A stretch of 64,000 nucleotides of DNA, taken from the NCBI GenBank assembly GCA_024679065.1, contig JAGIQG010000043.1:930001-994000 (forward strand), given 5' to 3'. The stretch is from Sphyrna mokarran (Eukaryota). Under the pieces are notes generated by a model. That model was not told the origin of the DNA, ran no database searches, and worked only from the letters and a program-made list of their open reading frames with translations. Positions 26,101 to 37,049 of the stretch are shown here, piece by piece. Position 1 is the first letter of the stretch; each line of letters opens with the position of its first letter. A program made the position numbers and the translations under genes.

Positions 26101-29100
26101 GACAGTGATAGCCTTTTTCCTAGGATGGAAAAAGCTAGCACGAGGGGACACAGTTTTAAATTAAGGGGTGATAGTTATAGGACGGATATCAGAGGTAGGT
26201 TCTTTACCCAAAGGGTGGTCGGGAGTGGAATGCCCTGCCTGCAGCGGTTGTAGATGCGCCAAGTTTGGTGGCGTTTAAGAGGTTAGTTGATAAGTATATG
26301 GAAGAGAAGGGAATGGTTTAGTTTGGAGGGGCATTGCTTTTTATATTGCTCGGCACAACATCGAAGGCCGAAGGGCCTGTTCTGTGCTGTAATGTTCTAT
26401 GTTCTATGTTCTATGAAATTAACTCACCTTCTGACTCCTCAAAACCTGTTCGCCATCTGTAAAGCACAAGTCAGAAGTATGATGGATTACCCCCCACGTG
26501 CCTAGTTGGGTGCAACTCCAACAACGCGAAAGAAACCTGACATCGTCAAAGGCAAATCAGCCCGCTCGATTGGCAACACATTCACTCCCTCCATCAGCCG
26601 ATGCTCAGAAGCAGCAGCGCGTACACTCACTCAGCAATTCACCAATGATCCTTAGACAGCATCTTTCAAACCTATAACAGTTTCATCCAGAAGGACAAGG
26701 ACAGCGAATACAAGGGAACACCGCCACTGCGTTTCCTTCTACAAGCCACTTAGTATCCCGACTTGGAAACATACTGGCATTCTGTCCCAGTTGCTGGGTC
26801 AAAATCCTAGAACTGCATCCCTAATGTCATTATGGGTCAACCCACAGCACGTAGACTGCACCCCATCTTTGAAATAGCTATTGAAATACTGTCACTCTAT
26901 TTAAATTTCCCCCACAGTTTTGCACATTTCTCACTACGAGTCCAAATACAATTCCAGTTGTGAAATGTATTGTAATAGATTCCATTGGCCATGCAGACAT
27001 TCTCTGAATCACAATACCAAATAGCATAAAATAGTCGAAAATGTAATTTATGTGTTGTTTTTCATCTTGATTTTAATGCGATTAGAGTCCAGGTATTAGG
27101 AATTTATACGAAAACAGATGCCAAACGGAACCTAAAAATTCTGGAGTGTTATTATAGAAAATTGAACTAATACCTCAAGGGAAACTAGAAAAGACAGATT
27201 TCGAAAATAGTTAAACATAGAACATAGAACATAGAAGAATACAACACAAACAGGCCCTTCAGCCCACGAGTTGCGCTGATCACATCTACCAATCCACAGA
27301 CCTATCTATAACCCCCTATCCTACTCTTTTCCATATACTCATCCAGAAGTCTCTTAAAAGACCCCAGTGAGTTTGCCTCAACAGCCTCCGACGGCAGTCG
27401 GTTCCATTCACTCACCACCCTCTGAGTGAAAAACCTACCCCTGACATCTCCTTTGTATTTGCTTCCCTGCACCTTAAATCTGTGTCCTCTCGTAGTGACC
27501 ATTTCAGCTCGGGGAAATAGTCTCTGACAGTCCACCCTATCTATTCCTCTCAACATTTCATAAACCTCTATCAGGTCGCCTCTCAACCTCCGTTTCTCCA
27601 GTGAGAAGAGTCCCAGCTCCCTCAACCTATCTTCATAAGGCCTGCCTCTCAATCCAGGCAGCATCCTTGTAAATCTCCTCTGAACCCTTTCAATAGCCTC
27701 TACATCCTTCCTATAATGAGGCGATCAGAACTGCGCACAATACTCCAACTGGGGCCTGACAAGAGTCTTATAGAGCTGTATCATTACCTCCTGACTCCTA
27801 AATTCTATTCCTCGATTAATGAAGGCCAGTACACCGTACGCCTACTTGACCACTTCCTCCATCTGCGAGGCCGATTTAAGAGTCCTATGGACCCGGACCC
27901 CGACATCCTTCTGCTCTACAACACAGCTAAGGCTCCTACCCCTTATATTGTATTCCTTCATCCCATTATTCCTGCCAAAATGGGCCACTACACATTTATC
28001 TGTATTGAAGTCCAATGCTTCCGTTTCTCGATTGCAAAGCGCATCCAGTGTTGCACTGACTTCAAATGGGTTGGAAAATCCAATGTCTGAAAAGGACGAT
28101 GGAAGCAGATTCAATAAAAACTTTCAGCTGGGAAACGGAGTCTACCTTGAAGGGGAGAAGTGACAGGATTCCAGGTGGCACATTGATTACTATTGCCGCC
28201 ATATAGTTCCAGAGAACATGGTTTGATTCGCGGCTTGATTCACTGTCTGTGCAGGTTGGCACCGTCTCCTGCAGGCGATCTAGTTTCCTCCAACTCTCTG
28301 AAGCCATGCTGGTTCGCGGGAATTGGGCAGACTGAATTTTCTGCAGTGCACTCCAATGGGCGCAGGAGTACGGCGAATAGGCATATTTCACAGCAATTTA
28401 TTTGTAGCTTTAACGTAAGCATACGTGTGCCACAAATAAATAATGCAGGTACAATTGGAGATCTCTCTGTGTACGTAACAGACGTCAGTTTCTGAATATT
28501 TGGAATATTACTGCAACTGATTACAAGTTGAATTCAAACCATCATTGTGGAGGTTGACAACTCACCTGAATTGGGGGAGGATACACTTTTCGTCCAATAT
28601 TTGCCTGGAATCCCCATTTGAACAATGCAAGTACAGACACCGCCATTTCTCCAGACTTGCCCCGACACCATGACATGACTTCTGATGCTGTAGGTCCCGT
28701 CCTCCCCAGTTATCCCGGGATCACTCGATCCCTCAGTGACCAAGCCGGAAATATTCCAGAAAACAGCAATCTGCTTGGAAGAAACTCCACTGACCAAACA
28801 GACTAAAGGCACATTATCATTCACATCCAGATCAGCTGGCGGGACAAATACTTGCACAACCGTCTTGTTGGTGGAACTGTCTGGACAGAAATTGGGACAC
28901 AGTTAATGATTAATTTACGCACATAAAAAAAGGATAATGTGCATACTCTGAGTGAATTCACTTTCTCCCTTACCTCCAACCAGGAGTGTGGTTGCATACC
29001 GGAACAGTAAAGACCGATCTATGTATATATACATACAGTAGTAGGAACCAGAGTCATTCATCTGGACATTGCGAATTTTCAGAATCAACACGTTCCCTGG

Positions 29101-29895
29101 ATCGCCTTTTTCAGAAATAAACTTACAGTCGGGCCCAGTACAGGATGTAGTGGTTATTAGAATCGGGGCTTCACCTAGCCGCTGTTTGTACCAAGCATAG
29201 TTGGACACCAAATCCACTTCTTGAGTGTCATGACAGAATAATTCCACCGTTTGGCCTCTCGCAGCTGTCAATGTGAAAGGGATCTGATACAGAGAGGACT
29301 CGGATTCTGTAACTAGAGAGATTATTGTGAGATAAGCAATGATTATTGAAATACCAGAAGCTAACTCTAAAAATCAAATCGTCTCGAATGAAAGTTTATT
29401 TTATTAATGTCAGAAGTAAGCTTACATTAACACTGCAATGAAGTTACGGCGAAATTCCCCTAACTTCCACACTGCGAGCCTGTCCAGATACACTGAGGGA
29501 TATTTTTTAGCACCGTCAATGCATCAACTAGCACCTCTTTTGGACTGTGGGAGCAAACTGGGGCGATCGGAGGAAACCCACGCAGTCTCCACAGTCCACA
29601 CAAAGCTTTGTGACGCTTTGAGGCAGCAGTGTTATCCTCTGCATAATCTCCTCATTCATTTAAATCATTGTTTGTCATTTTTTTTCTTAACTTCATGAGT
29701 AAAACCAATAAATTAACTTATATGATTAGTGCAAATGTCTTCACCCGAACACTGGCTCACTCACGCTTTCAGCTTAGAAAACGCTCATTCGAGTTTATAA
29801 AATCGATTCCGCTTGAAATTCCCACCCGCCTCTTACTCACAGTGAAACCTCAGTATTTGGAAAATGAGTATCAGAGATAGAGATTCTTCGGCCAT
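20072..29895 (-). CDS. Gene B: complete non-rearranging L-VJ-C1-TM-cyt Ig-superfamily receptor, 342 aa. Exons 29895-29841, 29312-28974, 28880-28566, 25726-25625, 25527-25497, 25294-25248, 23694-23645, 20161-20072
   Basis: Eight exons total 1029 nt (343 codons including stop). All introns are GT-AG with phases 1,1,1,1,2,1,0, and the frame is open from a strong-context ATG (aagATGG) to TGA. Confidence 0.85.
20968..21255 (+). mobile_element. HE1/V-SINE-type tRNA-derived SINE
   Basis: tRNA-like head (ggtcgattccc), V-domain tgtggagtttgcacattctcccc, CR1-like tail ggccgaatggcc. Confidence 0.8.
21640..21955 (-). mobile_element. V-SINE
   Basis: Reverse head ggcacagtggttagtgctactgcc and V-domain. Confidence 0.8.
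22600..22930. repeat. Degenerate (CA)n/(CT)n low-complexity tract
   Basis: Repeated acacac/acag units. Confidence 0.8.
22940..23245 (-). mobile_element. V-SINE
   Basis: ggggagaatgtgcaaact and gaggaaactgaagcacccggaggaaa (reverse V-domain). Confidence 0.75.
23645..23694 (-). CDS. Gene B cytoplasmic exon 3
   Basis: cttcgttacacag| acceptor; [17 protein letters not shown]; cag|gtaagc donor; phase 1-0, which bridges the flanking exons. Confidence 0.68.
24840..25180 (-). mobile_element. V-SINE
   Basis: Reverse head, V-domain and tail. Confidence 0.8.
25248..25294 (-). CDS. Gene B cytoplasmic exon 2
   Basis: ttttag| acceptor; [16 protein letters not shown]; |gtaagt donor; phase 2-1. Confidence 0.72.
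25497..25527 (-). CDS. Gene B cytoplasmic exon 1
   Basis: cttgtttcag| acceptor; [10 protein letters not shown]; aag|gtgaat donor; phase 1-2. Confidence 0.72.
25625..25726 (-). CDS. Gene B connecting peptide and transmembrane exon
   Basis: ttttctctctatag| acceptor; [34 protein letters not shown]; cag|gtgagg donor; 102 nt. Confidence 0.85.
25962..26415 (+). mobile_element. Young CR1 3' end nested in an older LINE (about 25880-26860)
   Basis: The host LINE resumes after the tail; gaaatt is repeated at both junctions. Confidence 0.85.
27215..28015 (-). mobile_element. 5'-truncated CR1 (second subfamily)
   Basis: ORF2 C-terminus ..[17 protein letters not shown].. plus tail. Confidence 0.9.
28566..28880 (-). 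CDS. Gene B C1-set constant domain exon
   Basis: ttctgtccag| acceptor; [45 protein letters not shown]; cag|gtgagt donor; 315 nt. Confidence 0.9.
28974..29312 (-). CDS. Gene B VJ exon
   Basis: ctctctag| acceptor; ..[74 protein letters not shown]; |gtaagg donor; 339 nt, the same length as the gene A V exon. Confidence 0.92.
29841..29895 (-). CDS. Gene B leader (signal peptide) exon
   Basis: aagATGG start; [18 protein letters not shown] plus 1 nt; perfect |gtgagt donor; phase 1. Confidence 0.8.
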
Positions 29896-29954
29896 CTTGA
29901 TAGAAATTTCAATGTGTCGTGTCTCACGGGCTCGCTTCTACAGAAACTGTGGAC

Positions 29955-30040
29955 ACACTGACGTGGCCTGCGTCCCATTCAGTTGGGCCTTTACAGATTC
30001 GATGAAAACTATGACGACCTCCGTTGTGGAGATTACGTCA
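29955..30040 (-). promoter_or_regulatory. Candidate gene B promoter with two CRE-like motifs
   Basis: TGACGT at 29959 and TTACGTCA at 30033, 65-145 nt upstream of the ATG. Confidence 0.4.
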
Positions 30041-30229
30041 CCATTGTAGGACATTGTTGGGTGAACACAATATTCGTTTGACATTCCTCAGTTTGTGAGC
30101 CATAACACCCAACTGGTAGAGTACAAATTAACTATTCTCCATTGTAGTTCTGAGTGTTCTATTGAATAGATGCAGGCTGAAAGTTCGGGTGAACTTTTTT
30201 TTAGTTTAAATATCTACGGTTTCAAACAT

Positions 30230-30600
30230 TTGTGGGACATGGGCGTGCTGGTTGGCCGACATTTACTGTCGATGAATTGTTGCACGTGGACGGCATTTCA
30301 GACTCATTGAGACTTCAGCACTACATTACTGTGGCTGTAAAGTCGCAGGTAGGCCAGGTCGGATAAGGACGGCAGATTTATTTCGGAAAGGATTTGAGCG
30401 AACCAGTTCCGTTCATTTCTGAGAGTGAACAATGGTTTCATGTTCATTAGTAGATCCTTAATTCCAGATTTTCTGGATTTTCATGTTGAACCCAAATTTA
30501 ATTAGCACCAGTGTCAGGATTCTAACCGTGTCCCCAGAGCATTAACTGTGTTTCTCGATTAATAGTCTAGCGATAATACCAGGAGGCCATCGCCTCCCCA
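30230..30600 (-). mobile_element. tRNA-derived SINE (non-V type)
   Basis: Reverse head ggggaggcgatggcc..ggtattatcgctagact; same family as 44025-44390. Confidence 0.75.
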
Positions 30601-30697
30601 TAAACCGGAAACTGTCACTGAGTACGTGCTAATGGTCGAATTTTCTGGACATCTATTCTGTTACCCCTCGGCATTACGTTCTTAAATTAAAAAAAAA

Positions 30698-31608
30698 ATA
30701 GAACATAGAACATAGAACAATACAGCACAGAACAGGCCCTTCGGCCTTCGATGTTGTGCCGACCAAAATAAAAAGCAATGCCCCTCCTAACTAACCATTC
30801 CCTTCTCTTCCATATACTTATCAATTAACCTCTTAAACGCCACCAAACTTGGGCATCTACAACAGCTGCAGGCAGGGCATTCCACTCCCTAATCTCTCTT
30901 TGAGTAAAGAACCTACCTCTGATATCCGTCCTATAACTCATACCCCTTAATTTAAAGTTGTGTCCCATCGTGCTAGCTTTCTCCATCCTAGGAAAAAGTC
31001 TATCACTGTCCACCCTATCTAAACCTCTAATTATCTTATATGCTTCAATAAGATCCCCCTTAGCCGCCTCCTTTCTAACGAAAACAACCTCAAATCCTTC
31101 AACCTCTCTTCATAGGACCTGCCCTCCATACCAGGCAACATCCTGGTAAACCTCCTCTGTACCCTCTCCAATGCCTCCACATCTTTCTTTAATGTGGGGA
31201 CCAGAACTGCACACAATACTCCAAGTGCGGCCGCACTAGAGTTTTGTACAGTTGCAACATGATGTTGCGGCTCCTAAATTCAATCCCCCTAACAATAAAA
31301 GCTAAGACTCCATATGCCTTCTTAACAACTTTATCGACTTGACTGCCTACTTTCAGGGATCTATTGACATATACACCAAGATCCTTCTGTTCATCAACAC
31401 TATTAAGAGTCCTACCATTAGCCCTATACTTTACACATTTATTGTTCCTGCCAAAGTGCATTACCTCACACTTTTCACATTAAACTCCATTTGCCACCTC
31501 TCGGCCCAGCTCTGCAACTTGTCCAAGTCACTCTGTAAACTAAAACACCCCTCTTCACTATCTACCACACCACCAACTTTAGTATCATCTGCAAATTTAC
31601 TGATCCCA
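30698..31608 (-). mobile_element. 5'-truncated young CR1
   Basis: RT C-terminus and tail. Confidence 0.92.
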
Positions 31609-33769
31609 TTCTGCTTTACCTTTCATGTTACTAATGGTAGTTCCATTCTGCAATTCTTCTGAGACACTGCGCTAATTCCAGTGTCAGAATTTCCTCTTTG
31701 TACGATGGAGGGGCACAAATGGAGACAGTTCGTCCAAATTGGAAGTAAAGTCTTCTGTACAAAAGTCAACTTATGGGTGTTATAGATGTATGCCCTTGCC
31801 GTTGGGTTTTGCATTTTCCTAGTGAATTGCACAAGCAACTTCATCAAAAGGAGTCGAGAAACAAAAAATGAGGAGCGTAGCTCGAAGTTGAGAGGGCAAC
31901 GTATAGAAGGGTATCGGGGTAAACTGTTTCATACAGAGCGTGGTGCGCATATGGAATGAGATTTCAGAGGGTGTGTTAGTGACAGGTGTAATTGCAACAT
32001 TAAAAAAAAACATTTGTACAAGTACATGGATGGATAAGTTCGAAAGGATATGGTCAAGCTCAGGAAAGTGAGATTAGTTCAGTTTAGGAAACCTGATCAA
32101 CAAGGACGAGTTCGGCAGAAGAATCTGCTCCATGCTGCATTTCTCTCTCTCTAATCATACACAAGCTTATTTTCTGTTTACTCCTAGCCACCCCCGGCGG
32201 GTAACATTCATAAATCTGCAGTTTAACACTTAGTTCCAGTGTTTGACCACCTTATGCGGTTCTGTACATGAAGCGCCTCAACTGTAAAAAAAACAGGAAA
32301 GGCATTGACAACTTCTGGCAAGAACATCATTTTTTTTTCCATCTCAAGCATCAGATGATGAAGTGATCAGAATCTTGGCCAACCGTCTCCAGTTCATGTT
32401 GCAGAGCCCCAATTGGGCTGTGGGTAAGAGTATTTTGAGACTCACAGCGAACAGCCGCAGTCACAGGAAATGTGCCTCGTTGCTACCGGAGCTGGTTCTC
32501 AGCTACTGCCTCTGCTGACTCCCTTCATCATTATTCAAGATCAAACATTTCTGTAAATAGTTCAGACCCTCAGTAAGGCCCAACATTGTCTGCTCATTTC
32601 AGAACCCATTATAACAGTAATCCTTTACACGAGGTCTTCACATTCCTATTAGGACAACTCATTAATGTAAGGGACCAATCCCTTCACCAGCAGCTCACTG
32701 GGGTCACACTGTGTAATATCTACAAAAGTGCACTGTAACAATTCAGCAAAATTGCTATCTGTTGGAAATTGGTGGGAGGAGCACAGGGCACATGGGAATT
32801 CGACAATCTCGGCCCTCCCGGCTGTATCCTGCATTGACTGTATTATTCTGGTTTCCATTGCTGTCTCATAGTTTCAAGGACGCTGGTTCAATTCCCGATT
32901 TGGGTCGTTGTCTGTATGGAGTCTGCACCTTCCTCCCGCATCTGCACCGTTTTTTAGGTGTCAATACTCCAGGATAAGAGAGTCTAAAACTAAGGACCAT
33001 AGCTTGAATTTGAGCGGCGAATTGTTAAAAGGATTTTGAGGAGAGACCTTTTGCAGATATCTAGAATGAACTTCCAGAGGAGGTGGCAGATGCGTACAAT
33101 TACAATATTTAAAAGACACTTGAACAGGTATACGGGTGGAAAAGGCAAATAGGATTACTTCCGATTTGGAAACTTAGTTGGCATGGAGGAATTGATGGAG
33201 TTTCCGCAGGATTTCTCTCTGTCAAATTGTATACGAGCCTGTTGTCTGTTTGATCTAATATACCATAGTGCGGACGCACTCGACAATCTGCATTCTAACA
33301 CTTAGTCCCAGCGTTTGACTACTGCAGGCTGTTCTGAGCCTAAAGCACGACAATTATTGAAACAGGAAATGCACTGATAGCTACAGCTCGAACATCATTT
33401 TCCATCTCTAGCATCAGGTGGTGAAGTGGTCAGAATCTTGGTCAGCGTTCTCCTCCCCTCAGTGCGTTTTGCACAGCACCCAATGGGCTGTTAATAAGAG
33501 TGTTCTGACACTCACAGCAAACAGATGCGATCATAGGCAATGAGCCTCTTTGCTGCCGAGCCCCGCTCTCTGCGGCTGCCTATACCGCCTCAAGCATGTC
33601 TGCAGTTCAGACCCTCAGTGAGGCTCAACATTCACTGCTCATTTCAGAACCATTTTGTCAGTATTTTTTTCTACCAGGCTCTTCACACTCAGATTAATGT
33701 AGCTCATTAATGTTGGGAATAGTCCCTTCATGATGTAGAGATGCCAGCGTTGGACAGGGGTAAACACAA

Positions 33770-34540
33770 ATAACAAAGAATAAAGAATAAAACAGCAAGG
33801 GAAACAGGCCCTTCGGCCCAACGAGCCCGTGCTACCCCGATGTTCCCACCTACACCCGCAATCCCTGTCCATGTTTATAGGTCTATGGATTAAAAACCAA
33901 ATTTGAGACAATTTAGGGAGAATTTGTTTGCCAATTAGCCTAAAAGCACATCTTTGGGATGTGGGAGGAAACCGGAGCACCCGGAGAAAACCCACTCAAG
34001 CACGGGGAGAATGCACAAACTCCCACAGACACAGGCCCAAATCCATGTATCTGCACAGCATAGCAATAGTCACTGAGCTGCCGTGTTGCCCATCAAATGG
34101 TCCAGGTCAAGCGTAAACTAACGACCTGAAGCATTAGGATACTCTCGAAAAGAAATCCAAGTGCCACACTCTCACGACCCATCGCATGTATGCCCCTCAT
34201 TAGACAACAAGGTGGACCAAAGCACCTGTAGGATAAAAACAAGTACATCAATACCATTATCTATTTACACACTTCCCAGGGACTCCCAAGGCTCACGATC
34301 CCTATTTTAAATCAGTTTTCTATATCCCTCCATTCCCATTCTGTTCATGTGCCTATCTAAGTATTTCTTAAATAACTCCAGAGCACCTGTCTCCACCACT
34401 TGGCAGCGCATTCCATACCCCCACCATCCTCTGTGTGAAAAAACTCCTTCTAGCATCCAAATTATACCTTACCCCCCTCACCCTAAGCCCGTGACCCCAT
34501 GTGCTATTCGAGTCCATTCTAGGAAAAAGCTTAACCCTGT
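33770..34540 (-). mobile_element. Chimeric CR1/V-SINE, copy 2
   Basis: Reverse complement of the 13770-14730 structure. Confidence 0.85.
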
Positions 34541-36142
34541 TAAAGATCGAGTATGCGAATATTAAGAAAGAGGAGGTATTGGAACTGTTAAATTCCATCA
34601 AGGTAGATAAGTCGCCAGATCCAGATGGGATGTACCCCAGGTTACTGTGGGAGGTGAGGGAAGTGATCGCTGAGCCTCTGGCCATGATCTTCGCGTCGTC
34701 GATAGAGACAGGAGAGGTTCTGGAAGATTGAGGATTGCGATGTGGTGCCTATTTTCAAGACGGGGAATAGGGATAGCCAGGGCAATTACCGACCAGTGAG
34801 TCTGACCTCAGTGGTCGGTAAGTTGATGGAGGGGATTCTGAGAGATAGGATTTATGATCATTTAGAGAAATTCAATTTGATCAGGAATAGTCAACACGGT
34901 TTTGGTATGGCAGATCGTACCTTATGAGCCGAGTTGAATTCTTCGAAAATGTGACTGAACACATTGACAAAGGAAGAGCAGTGGACGTGGTTTACATGGA
35001 TTTCAGCAAGGTGTTTCACAAGGTCCCCCATGCAAGACTTCTTCAGAAGGTGAGAAGGCATAGGATCCAAAGGGATTTGGCCTTGTGGATCCAGAACTGG
35101 CTTGCCTGCAGAAGGCAGAGAGTAGTTGTGGATGGGTCATCTTCTGCATGGAAGTCAGTCACCAGTGGAGTGTCCCAGGGATATGTTCTAGGACCCTTGC
35201 TGTTTGTCATTTTCATAAATGACGTAGATGAGGAAGTGGAGAGATGGATTAGTAAGTTTGCCGATGATACGAATGTTGGTGGTGTTGTGGATAGTCTGGA
35301 GGGATGTCAGAAGTTGCAGTGAGACACAGACAGGATGCAAGACTGGGTGGAGAAGTGGCAGATGGACTTCAACGCGGATACATGTGTGGTGGTCCGTTTT
35401 GGTAGGACCAATGGAATGAAGGAGTATAATATCAGGGGTAGGAGTCTTTGCAGCGTTGAAGAGCAGAAGGATCTTGGGGTCCGGGTCCATAGGGCTCTTA
35501 AATCTCCCCTGCAAGTGGAGGATGTGGTCAAGAAGGCATATGGTGTACTAGTCTTCATTAATAGAGGAATTGAGTTTAGGAGTCGGGAGGTAATGCTGCA
35601 ACTTTGGAGTATTGTGTTCAGTTCTGGTCGCCTCAGTATAGGAAGGATTTTGGAAGGTTTTGAGAGGGTGCAGATGAGATTTACAAGAATGTTGCCTGGA
35701 TTGGGGGCATGACTTATGAAGATAGGTTGAGAGAGCTAGGTCTCTTCTCTCTGGGGAGACGAAGTTTGAGATGCGACCTGATAGAGGTTTATAAGATGTT
35801 GAGAGGAATAGTAGGGCGGATTCTCAGAGGCTATTTCCCAGGGCTGAAATGGTCGCTTCGAGAGGACACAGGTTCAAAGTGCTGGGGGGCAAGTACAGAG
35901 GAGATGTTAGAGGTAAGTTTTTCACTCAGAGGGTAGTGAGTGAATGGAATCGGTTGCCATCAGTGGTGCTAGAGGCGAACCCGCTGGGGTCTTTTAAGAG
36001 ACTTCTGGACGAGTACATGGGATGTAATGGGATTGGGAGTTACAGATAATTCTATGGCCTGGTAGGTATAGATATGATCGACACAACTTGTGGGCCGAAG
36101 GGCCTGTTTGTGCTGTAGTGTTCCATGTGCTATGTTCTATAT
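34541..36142 (+). mobile_element. 5'-truncated CR1 (second subfamily)
   Basis: RT region through tail, frameshifted. Confidence 0.9.
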
Positions 36143-37049
36143 GTAAGTAAAAAGAAAATATTTCACATGTGATTGACATGCTCATTTGAGCAGACGGCTG
36201 TATTTCTAAACAATTACATTCAAGAGTGTAATGTTTCCATTCACAGCCAATATAACTATAAGTAGTTGTGGCAATAAAAAGAATGTGATTGCGATCATGT
36301 TATTTAGTAGCTTTTTCAAGCAGCTCCTAGTATTGTGTTGGCCATGCTTTGGTCACAGAGACCATCGTCCTCCAATTGCAACTGAAGCAATATAATTGCC
36401 ATCTGGTTCATTTTTAACCTGGACTAATGCAGAATCCTCCGGTGATATGATCCTTTTGAAAGGACGGGGTGGAGTGTGATTCTTAAGTCAGCTGGTGCCT
36501 GGGGACTTTTTTTTTCTTTCGCAGAGAAGTGCAAGTTTTTACTTTTTTTGTTCAGCAGTATCCTGAGGTGGGAAGCAGTTGCCCTTGCTCTGGAGTTTCA
36601 AGTTATGCTGTCTGTGAATTACTGTTAGCAGCTGATGGAGGCTGGCATGTCCCGGTCCATTTCTCTCTCCAGAGGTGTTTTGGAAATTTCTGGGACTCGG
36701 AAGCCTCAGTGATTTAATCCAAAATTCAAAGGATCAGTTCACGATAGGAGTTAAACAGCTGAAAACTCAGCACCACGTGAATATGTTTACGGTTGTTCTA
36801 AGGCTAGAAAGGGATATGTTGTTTGAATTGGAACTTCATAGACAGCTGGCTGGTAAAGTCTATTCTATATCATATTCGAATCGTGTAATTGGGAAACGTT
36901 ATGCAAATTATTTCGATTTAAATTCAGCCATATTCTAAAATAAACTTTGTTTGATACAAGCTTTCATGTTGGTTCTTTGAATCATACACAGAGTGAAACA
37001 CCTTATGCTCAACTGTGCCATAGGATTTAGTGTACTGAATTGTCATCGC

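Noticed and set aside
2841-29895. Assigning gene symbols (TRA/TRB/IGL/NCR3/SIRP/PRARP)
   Set aside because: The domain order resembles several families, but orthology cannot be established without database searches.
36206-36298. Signal-peptide-like minus-strand ORF MIAITFFLLPQLLIVILA
   Set aside because: Available GT donors are phase 0, incompatible with the phase-1 V exon. A better leader exists at 29841-29895.
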